Part shown: piece by piece, positions 7,322 through 13,465 of the stretch | Layout of the letters: each line of letters opens with the position of its first letter | Numbering within the stretch: position 1 is the stretch's first letter | Assembly: GCF_007748075.1 (NCBI RefSeq) | Contig: NZ_CP036280.1 | Location: 60,001 to 92,000 of the forward strand | DNA length: 32,000 nt | Source: Mucisphaera calidilacus | Lineage (GTDB): Bacteria; Planctomycetota; Phycisphaerae; Phycisphaerales; Phycisphaeraceae | Direction: 5' to 3' | Program-made: the position numbers and the translations under genes | The notes under the pieces: model-generated | Seen by the model: the letters and a program-made list of their open reading frames with translations, nothing else | Told to the model about the DNA's origin: nothing | The model's database searches: none

Positions 7322-7336
7322 TCAGGATGTCGGGGG

Positions 7337-7651
7337 TCAGCCCGCGATCTTCGTGATCTTGACCTCAACGTAGGGCTGGCGGTGGCCGCGACGACGGCGG
7401 TAGGTCTTGCGACGCTTGAACTTCACCACTTCAATCTTCTCGGCCCGACCCTCTTCCAGGATCTCCGCCTCGACCGAAGCGCCTTCCACGTACGGGGCAC
7501 CGACCTTCGCGGTCACGCCCTCGCCCATGAACACCACGCGGTCGAACGTCAGGGACTTCGCGTCCTCGGGCAACTCGCGCGGGTCGATGCGAATCGTGTC
7601 GCCCTCGGCGACCTTGATCTGGGTTCCGCTGTCTTCGATCACGGCGTACAT
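7337..7651 (-). CDS. rplU: 50S ribosomal protein L21
   Basis: MYAVIEDSGTQIKVAEGD...KFKRRKTYRRRRGHRQPYVEVKITKI is canonical L21. I chose the ATG at 7651, which has GAAGGA 7 nt upstream. The track ORF starts 5 codons earlier. Confidence 0.95.
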   Translation of the reverse strand: MYAVIEDSGTQIKVAEGDTIRIDPRELPEDAKSLTFDRVVFMGEGVTAKVGAPYVEGASVEAEILEEGRAEKIEVVKFKRRKTYRRRRGHRQPYVEVKITKIAG

Positions 7652-7764
7652 GGCGTCATCCTTCACGCAGTCAACAGCCCGAAGCGGGCCGAGCCGAGTA
7701 GTCTAGCAACTTCGCCGAGGCTTTCAACGACCGGCCCGAACCCGTGTCAGACTGTGCGCGCCAG

Positions 7765-7867
7765 AGGCCGGTTAACTGCATTTAACAGTCGTTTAACAGC
7801 GTCGGGCAGACCGATTCTGACGAAAACGGGTCATTTTAACACGATATAAACATGACCTATTTTAACA
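7765..7867 (-). promoter_or_regulatory. AT-rich island with four direct TGTTAAA(A)(T) repeats (minus-strand reading) plus a GTTAAC-centred imperfect palindrome; probable rplU promoter region
   Basis: On the plus strand, TTTAACA occurs at 7781-7787, 7792-7798, 7835-7841 and 7861-7867, and GTTAACT at 7771-7777. On the minus strand two copies read TGTTAAAAT, which resembles an extended -10 element (TGn + TAAAAT). The region is about 100 bp of high AT content in an otherwise GC-rich window. It lies upstream of rplU and immediately downstream of the lipoprotein operon stop (7883). Confidence 0.4.
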
Positions 7868-7882
7868 TTCGTTGGCCCGGAC

Positions 7883-8317
7883 TCACTGCGACCGGTCGGA
7901 ACGGATCTCCAGGTTCCAGTCTGACGCGAAGTAATCGGTCGCCGAGCCCCGCAGGAACTCCTGCACGTCCGGCTCCAGCTCCGCCGTCCGCCAGGCGCTG
8001 TCGTGCTTCACAGGCGTCCCGTCGCTCAGGAAGAACTGGTACCGGTACTGGATCGCGATCGCCTTCTTGCCCTCGACCAGGCGCACCGGGACGGTCACTT
8101 CCATCGGCTTGTCCGCGGTCGACGGCTTCACGATGTACTTGCCGGTACGGAGTTTACCGCGAAGGTCCTTCTCGCTGGCGATCACCTGCGACGTCTCCTC
8201 GCCCGCGACCCAGCCCGCCTTGATGCCCGGGTCGGTCTGGCAACCCGCCAGCATCGAGAGCCCCAGACCGGCCGCGAGGGCCATCATCCCAAGTCCGCTT
8301 CTTCCATACCTGCTCAT
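7883..8317 (-). CDS. YcfL-like (DUF1425-like) lipoprotein
   Basis: ATG with TAGGAG 7 nt upstream. It has a signal peptide with lipobox LAGC. AIAIQYRYQFFLSDGTPV...AWRTAELEPDVQEFLRGSA...ASDWNLEIR resembles the remembered YcfL pattern (Y-Y-f-W-D-G-pv ... W ... l-p ... A-dyrl-ir). Confidence 0.55.
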   Translation of the reverse strand: MSRYGRSGLGMMALAAGLGLSMLAGCQTDPGIKAGWVAGEETSQVIASEKDLRGKLRTGKYIVKPSTADKPMEVTVPVRLVEGKKAIAIQYRYQFFLSDGTPVKHDSAWRTAELEPDVQEFLRGSATDYFASDWNLEIRSDRSQ

Positions 8318-8395
8318 GACGAAACTCCTAAAAGGAAAAGTGCTGACAGCCTAATCCGCCGGCTCTCGGCCGGCCATATCCACTGTGGTCGAACC

Positions 8396-10048
8396 TCACT
8401 CGCTTTTTCCGCGATACGCCGGATGAATCTGCCCGAAGAGCCGCGCAAAGCCCGTCGTGCCCGGCAGGGGGGAGACCAATGACCGCCCGCCCTCGAGCAC
8501 GTGCAGCCCCACCCGGCCGTACTGGTCCTGGATGGTCAGCAGCCATTTCTCCCGGCGGTACATCTCGATCAGGCTGCCATAAGTAATATTCGGCACGGCG
8601 TTAACGACAAGCAGGTCGGCGAGCACCTCGTCGCTTGGCGGTCGGGCGTCGCGTCCGCCCGCCGGCAGGGGCTTGGCCGCGTCGGCGGTCAGGGGGATGG
8701 TCGCTTTCGCGTAAGGCGTGTGGTAACAAACCTTTCCGCTCGTCGCCCACGGCCGCTGCTCGATCGCGGGCCCGGTGGGCAGGCGCACGTAGCGCAGCTG
8801 CGCCCGCGGTCCGCTCGGCGGGTCGAGACCCGCCAACACCAGTCGTGAACCGGGTTTACCGCTGATGGTAAGCTCGACGGTCTTGCCCGGCTCCAGCTTG
8901 AGCGGCACGACGTAGTACCGCTGGGCCGTCGCTTCGCAGTAGCGCGTGTCGGCGCTGGCGGTCGCCTTGAGCATGGCGCCGCTCAGCGCGGTGACCAGCC
9001 CCGCGATCACGAGTGCCTCGTTGTCGTTGTTCGCCCCGGCCTGGGCCGCGGTCAGCCCGCCATAGACCATGGCCGTGCCCGCGATGGACTTGAAGACGCG
9101 GACGTCTTCGAGGTTGTTCCAGCGGTGGTCGGTGGCCATCTGGTTGACGTTGGTCACGACCGGGAAGGGTCCGAGGTCCTGCTCGTTGTGGCGGACGCGG
9201 AGCGTCGCGTTGTCGCTGAGGGTCCGGGGCCGGAACATGGCGATAGCGCCGTCCATGCCCTCGGCGGTCTTCTTCGGGCCGAGTCCCCAGGCGACGACGA
9301 GGACGGTGTTGTAGTCGCCGCCGCGGATCAGTTCGGTGGTCTCTTTGAGTTTCGGGTTGAGTCCGGCGGCGAAGGCGAGCATCTCGTTGGACTCGTCGGG
9401 CCGTCCGAGCTGGTGGTTGGCGATGCCGTTGAGCAGGTAGCCGAGGGTGTAGTTGGACGGCTGGGCGATGTAGCCGGCGTCGAGGTAGTCCTCGTCGGCG
9501 TCGGGATCGGTGGCGCGTTCGGCGAGCTCGACCTTGTCGAACTCCTCGTCGTCGTCGGCGAAGTCGCGGAGGTAAAACAGGGCGTTGTCGAGGGCGGCGC
9601 GGGCGTTGCCCCACTGTCCAAGCGAGGCCTGCTGGAGCCCGTAGTAGGTGAAGGCGAGGGCCTGCTCGAAGGGCTCGCCCTTCCAGATCTTGACGCCTTC
9701 GTTGACGACGACCGAGGCGACGGTGCGGTCGGCGTTGATGCCCTGGATGCGGAGGGTGTCGTAGAGCTCTTCGAAGGTGGTGTTGGCGGCGTGGGGGTAG
9801 CCGTCGGCCATGGTGAGCAGGGCGACGCGCATGCGGTCGAGGATGTAGTCGCGGTCGTCCCGGTCGTCTTCCATGTCGTCCTGGATCTCGACGCGGGCGT
9901 AGCCGTAGTTCCCGGAGTAGAGGGCGTTGTCGATCTCGATGCGGTGGGGGGAGGAGCAGGCGGCGAGCAGGAGGATCAGCAGCAGGCCGGCGAGGCTGGC
10001 GGCGCATCGTGCGAGGCGGCTTGCGTGATGGCGTTGGGCGTCGGCCAT
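8396..10048 (-). CDS. large (550 aa) lipoprotein with a TPR-like helical N-terminal half; hypothetical
   Basis: This is the internal ATG (10048) of the spurious 1475-aa track ORF 8396-12823. MADAQRHHASRLARCAASLAGLLLILLLAAC is a signal peptide plus lipobox (LAAC). The gene starts 14 nt after the stop of the upstream gene. TPR-like segments include FEQALAFTYYGLQQASLGQWGNARAALDNALFYL and YTLGYLLNGIANHQLGRPDESNEMLAFAAGLNP. Confidence 0.7.
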   Translation of the reverse strand: MADAQRHHASRLARCAASLAGLLLILLLAACSSPHRIEIDNALYSGNYGYARVEIQDDMEDDRDDRDYILDRMRVALLTMADGYPHAANTTFEELYDTLRIQGINADRTVASVVVNEGVKIWKGEPFEQALAFTYYGLQQASLGQWGNARAALDNALFYLRDFADDDEEFDKVELAERATDPDADEDYLDAGYIAQPSNYTLGYLLNGIANHQLGRPDESNEMLAFAAGLNPKLKETTELIRGGDYNTVLVVAWGLGPKKTAEGMDGAIAMFRPRTLSDNATLRVRHNEQDLGPFPVVTNVNQMATDHRWNNLEDVRVFKSIAGTAMVYGGLTAAQAGANNDNEALVIAGLVTALSGAMLKATASADTRYCEATAQRYYVVPLKLEPGKTVELTISGKPGSRLVLAGLDPPSGPRAQLRYVRLPTGPAIEQRPWATSGKVCYHTPYAKATIPLTADAAKPLPAGGRDARPPSDEVLADLLVVNAVPNITYGSLIEMYRREKWLLTIQDQYGRVGLHVLEGGRSLVSPLPGTTGFARLFGQIHPAYRGKSE

Positions 10049-10062
10049 GGCTTGCCTGTCGT

Positions 10063-10659
10063 TCAGTCCCAGATGTGTCCTCGTGCGGCGCGCTTGTAGC
10101 CGACGTCGCCTTGCCAGACGCGTGTCCCGTCGCGGAGGTCGGTGAGTTCGTACTCGATGAAGTAGGCGTCGGTGCGCGACTTGGCCTGGGCGCGGGTGGC
10201 GGAACGGAAGGTGACGGTGAGGGTGTGGGTGGGGTTGCGTGCGGCGGCGAGGCCGCTGACGCCCGCTGTGGTTGGTTCGCTGAGGCCCTGGGTTTCCTGC
10301 CAGGTGATGACGAAGGTGATGTTCTTCTGCTGGCTGAGCTGGTCGAGGGGTGCGGCGGCGATGATGCGTCGGACGATTGATTTCTGCTCGGCGGGCGTGA
10401 TGACCTCGGAGGAGAGGTTCTCGAAGCGGTCGGCGACGACGACCCAGGGTTCGCTGTCGGGCCGTCGCTCGGCGATGGCCTCGCTGTTGAGCATGGCGGC
10501 GGCGATCTGCTCGCTCATGACGATGAAGTCGTCGGTCTCGGTGCGTGTGGTCTGGGGCGGGCCGGAGCAGGCGGGCAGGAGCAGCAGCAGGGCAAGAACC
10601 AGCGCACTGGCGGTGCGCTGGGGTCGCGGGGTTTGCGTTTGAGGGGCGGGGGCGGTCAT
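10063..10659 (-). CDS. LpoB-like (COG3417-type) lipoprotein, paralog 2
   Basis: Signal peptide plus lipobox LLPAC. The layout and the C-terminal motif YFIEYELTDLRDGTRVWQGDVGYKR match the remembered LpoB-type pattern (Y-l-l-L-d--tg--vW ... K). Its ATG directly abuts the TAA of the upstream paralog. Confidence 0.55.
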   Translation of the reverse strand: MTAPAPQTQTPRPQRTASALVLALLLLLPACSGPPQTTRTETDDFIVMSEQIAAAMLNSEAIAERRPDSEPWVVVADRFENLSSEVITPAEQKSIVRRIIAAAPLDQLSQQKNITFVITWQETQGLSEPTTAGVSGLAAARNPTHTLTVTFRSATRAQAKSRTDAYFIEYELTDLRDGTRVWQGDVGYKRAARGHIWD

Positions 10660-11271
10660 TTACTTGCTGGCGACGCGCTTGGATTCGTAGTCGTCGCGGA
10701 AGACGATCTGGGCGTCGTGCAGGCGGATCAGGCTGAAGTCGAGGTAGTAGTACTGGGTGTCGCCTCGGCCGGTGCGGTAGAAGTTGCCGGTGAGGGAGTA
10801 GGTCATCTTCGCGTCGAGGTCGGGGGCGTCGCGGTTGACGTTCTCGGTGGCGGCGATGGCGTCGACGCGGGCGCGTTTTTCGATGAAGCGGATCTGCTCG
10901 CGGCCGACGCGTGAGTTGATGAGGGTGCCGGTGATCTTGCGGGCGAGGATCTCGAAGTCGCGGGTGGAGACGATGTCGGTCTCGTTGACGAGGTCGCCGA
11001 TGTAGATGACGGGCTTGGGTGTCTCGCCCTCGATCTCGGGTGCGCTGTGGGTCTGCTTGCCGAGCTCGGGGATCTCGGCGAGGTCGGCGAGGAGGTTGGT
11101 GGCGGCCTGCTCGGCGAATTCCTGGAGTTCGGTGAACTGGATCTGCTTGCTCTTCTGCTCGCCCTCGGTGGTTTCGCCGAGGCCGTATCGGCCGGAGTTG
11201 TCGGCGCAGCCGAGCGGGAGGATGAGGAGGGTGGCGGCGGCGAGGGCGGTGAGGGTGCGTGCGAACGTCAT
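10660..11271 (-). CDS. LpoB-like (COG3417-type) lipoprotein, paralog 1
   Basis: ATG with AAGGAG 6 nt upstream. It has a signal peptide with the lipobox-like LPLGC. PVIYIGDLVNETD..., YSLTGNFYRT and YYYLDFSLIRLHDAQIVFRDDYESKR follow the penicillin-binding-protein-activator LpoB / TolB-N-like pattern as I remember it. Confidence 0.55.
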   Translation of the reverse strand: MTFARTLTALAAATLLILPLGCADNSGRYGLGETTEGEQKSKQIQFTELQEFAEQAATNLLADLAEIPELGKQTHSAPEIEGETPKPVIYIGDLVNETDIVSTRDFEILARKITGTLINSRVGREQIRFIEKRARVDAIAATENVNRDAPDLDAKMTYSLTGNFYRTGRGDTQYYYLDFSLIRLHDAQIVFRDDYESKRVASK

Positions 11272-11361
11272 GGTTGGCTCCTTGAGTTACCCGAGTGCGG
11301 TCGTGACGGACCGGATGGTGTCCCGGGTGTGGTCGCGATGCGTTCCCGAATATGTCCTTCT

Positions 11362-11387
11362 GATTAACCCCCATTGTACGGTTAATC
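11362..11387. repeat. inverted repeat GATTAACC-N10-GGTTAATC between the MFS stop and the lipoprotein operon start
   Basis: Read directly: 8-bp perfect arms at 11362-11369 and 11380-11387. No U tract follows on the minus strand. It could be an operator or a weak terminator. Confidence 0.4.
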
Positions 11388-11403
11388 TGGGTCGTGTCTC
11401 GGC

Positions 11404-12942
11404 TTACCTGCGAAGCCGGTAGGAGGCCTCGAGGATCCGGCCTGCCATGCGTGTGGGCGCGAGCAGCCCGCCTCGGATGTTGGAGTAGAAGGCGGAGGTG
11501 GTGAAGGCCATGGCCTCGCGGGTGCCCTGCGATCGCGGTTCGTGGAGCTGGATGGAGAAGAGCAGGGCGGTGATGCGCAGGAGGATGGCGAGGGCGAAGA
11601 TGAGGGCGTGGAAGGTGAGTTGGGACTCGAAGAGGGTGGATTCGACGTTGGTGTCGACGTCGTTGAGGACGGAGGAGACGGTGAAGCTGTAGTGGAAGCC
11701 CTCGAAGTTGATGGCGTAGACGAGTCCGATGAGCCCGCCAAGGATCCCGCCGGTGGCGGAGACGACGGCGTTGATGGCGGGATAGGCGGAGCCGGCGCGT
11801 TGGTGGTGGGGTTTTCTGGCGCTGCCCGAGAGGTCGAGGATGATGTTGAAGCTGGAGATCTCGATGGCGGCCCAGCCGAGGTTGGCGACGAGGACCAGGA
11901 AGTAGCCGGGCCAGATCGAGTCGTGGGACATGAGCAGCCAGTTGACCGGGACCGGGAGCAGGAGGAGTTGCCCCATGATGAGGACGGGTCGTTTGCCGAC
12001 CTTGTCGACGACGGCGCCCCAGACGGGGGTGATGAGGAACTTGAAGGCGAAGGGGATGGCGAGGAGGAAGACGTTGAGGGAGAAGGAATCCCACTCGAGG
12101 ACGAAGATGGCGTAGTGGAAGCCGTAGGCGCCCATCATGGAGGCGCTCATGGCGAAGAAGAAGCCGTAGCCGAGGAAGGGTCGGAACTCGCGGTCGAGCA
12201 GGGGGACGAGGAGGGATCGGAGCGGGGCGGGGTTGCGTCGCGGGTGCTTGGGTCCGGGGTCGGGCACAACGAGGAAGCAGAGGATGTCGATGGTGCCCAT
12301 GATGCCGGCGAGGATGAGCAGGAAGGTGGTGGCCCAGAGGGCGTTGTCGGCGAGGTAGAGGACGACGCCGGCGAAGGTGGTGGCGGCGAGGGAGGCGGCG
12401 AGTCCCCAGCGGTTGCGTTCGGCGAAGTAGGTGCCGCGGATGCGTCGCGGGATGACGTCGGACATCCAGTTGAGCCAGGGCGGCCCGCCGGAGTCGTTGA
12501 GCAGTCGGCTGACGCCAAAGAGCAGGAGGAAGATGACCCACCACCAGGCGTCGAGTCCGGGCAGGAGCCAGGGGATGAGTCCGATGAGGACCCACGCCAG
12601 GCGTCCGGCGATGAGGACGACAAAGAAGAAGGCGCGTCGGTGGCCGAATTTCTCGATGAAGAGGCTGCCGGGTAGCTGGGCGAGGGGTCCGACGAAGACC
12701 ATGGCCCCGAAGAGGCCGAAGGCCCAGGTGGGGGTGTTGAGTTGTTTCTTGAAGATCTCGACGGCGGCGCCCTGCATGGTCCAGAGCCACCAGGCGCCGA
12801 AGATCCACGCGACGAGGATCCACCAGAGCTGGCGGTTGAGCTCGGCGGCGCGCGTGCGAGGTTGCAGGGTGTTGACGGTGTCGGTGAAGGACACGCGGGG
12901 CTCCGGGGTAAGTGGGTTCCCGCCGGAATGAGTGGCGCGCAT
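11404..12942 (-). CDS. MFS-type transporter (about 12 hydrophobic segments)
   Basis: 512 aa, highly hydrophobic, with repeated TM-like segments and a DKVGKRPVL loop motif typical of the MFS family (D-R/K-x-G-R/K-R/K). Confidence 0.8.
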   Translation of the reverse strand: MRATHSGGNPLTPEPRVSFTDTVNTLQPRTRAAELNRQLWWILVAWIFGAWWLWTMQGAAVEIFKKQLNTPTWAFGLFGAMVFVGPLAQLPGSLFIEKFGHRRAFFFVVLIAGRLAWVLIGLIPWLLPGLDAWWWVIFLLLFGVSRLLNDSGGPPWLNWMSDVIPRRIRGTYFAERNRWGLAASLAATTFAGVVLYLADNALWATTFLLILAGIMGTIDILCFLVVPDPGPKHPRRNPAPLRSLLVPLLDREFRPFLGYGFFFAMSASMMGAYGFHYAIFVLEWDSFSLNVFLLAIPFAFKFLITPVWGAVVDKVGKRPVLIMGQLLLLPVPVNWLLMSHDSIWPGYFLVLVANLGWAAIEISSFNIILDLSGSARKPHHQRAGSAYPAINAVVSATGGILGGLIGLVYAINFEGFHYSFTVSSVLNDVDTNVESTLFESQLTFHALIFALAILLRITALLFSIQLHEPRSQGTREAMAFTTSAFYSNIRGGLLAPTRMAGRILEASYRLRR

Positions 12943-13038
12943 GTTAGTGGGATGTGGAGAGAATACGAGGGAGGATGTTGTGGATTACGACTTTTTTTTG
13001 TGGGTTCAGGGTGAACCCTGAGCGGATGGAGGTTTTGG

Positions 13039-13398
13039 ATGGATGATCGTGTGACGGTGTCGGCGTTGAAGGAGCGGGTTTCGCGTTTCGTGCTGGAGCG
13101 TGACTGGGGGCGTTATCACCAGCCGAAGAACCTGGCGATGTCGGTGGCGATCGAGGCGGCGGAGCTGATGGAGTTGTTCCAGTGGGACCCGCACGAGAAC
13201 CCGGTGCGGCCACAGAACGAGGCGGAGCGTCGCGAGCGTGTGAGGGAGGAGATGTCGGACGTGCTGGCGTATCTGCTGTCGCTGGCCGCGGTGATGGAGA
13301 TTGATGTGTCGGAGGCGTTCGAGGCGAAGATGGCGTCGAACGAGGAGCGTTACCCGGCGAGTGGTCCGGGAGGCGAGACGGGCGCGGCGGAGCGTTAG
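13039..13398 (+). CDS. MazG-like nucleotide pyrophosphohydrolase (small all-alpha NTP-PPase)
   Basis: ATG with GGAGG 6 nt upstream. AIEAAELMELFQW...VREEMSDVLAYLLSLAAVMEIDVSEAFEAKMASNEERYP carries the EExxE...E..D metal-binding pattern of the MazG/dCTPase-like family. Confidence 0.8.
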   Translation: MDDRVTVSALKERVSRFVLERDWGRYHQPKNLAMSVAIEAAELMELFQWDPHENPVRPQNEAERRERVREEMSDVLAYLLSLAAVMEIDVSEAFEAKMASNEERYPASGPGGETGAAER

Positions 13399-13409
13399 GG
13401 CATGAACGA

Positions 13410-13442
13410 CAGCGAGCCCGGGCGGGATGCCCGAGCTCGCTG
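13410..13442. terminator. strong GC hairpin between the convergent mazG-like and PEP-CTERM genes (probable bidirectional terminator, no clear U tract)
   Basis: CAGCGAGCCCGGGC-GGGAT-GCCCGAGCTCGCTG forms 13 paired positions with one mismatch. It sits 12 nt after the mazG-like stop and 24 nt after the PEP-CTERM gene stop. Confidence 0.6.
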
Positions 13443-13465
13443 GAGATGTTGTGATGTCGGTGGGT

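Noticed and set aside
7765-7792. The 28-bp 11-6-11 imperfect palindrome AGGCCGGTTAA-CTGCAT-TTAACAGTCGT, and TGTTAAAT 8-mers that recall the XerD arm of E. coli dif (TTATGTTAAAT), considered as a dif site.
   Set aside because: The inner CATAA-N6-TTATG core typical of dif sites is absent (TTAA-N6-TTAA instead), and the TGTTAAA copies are direct rather than inverted repeats. It is kept only as a low-probability alternative within the AT-rich island finding.
8396-12823. A 1475-codon stop-free ORF on the minus strand, spanning the MFS gene, both LpoB-like genes and the large lipoprotein.
   Set aside because: Only its last 550 codons (from the ATG at 10048) look like a protein, with a signal peptide, a lipobox and normal composition. 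The upstream 925 codons are Arg/Pro/His-rich junk read in an alternative frame of three well-supported genes that share a different frame. Long open alternative frames are expected at this GC content.
12979-12987. TGTGGATTA, which matches the DnaA box at 8 of 9 positions, plus weaker DnaA-box-like 9-mers near 8386-8394 (ATATCCACT) and 14425-14433 (TGTGGATTT), considered as evidence for oriC.
   Set aside because: These are single, scattered, imperfect boxes with no clustering, no adjacent dnaA or dnaN, and no sizeable AT-rich unwinding element next to them. That is consistent with chance or ordinary DnaA-regulated promoters.
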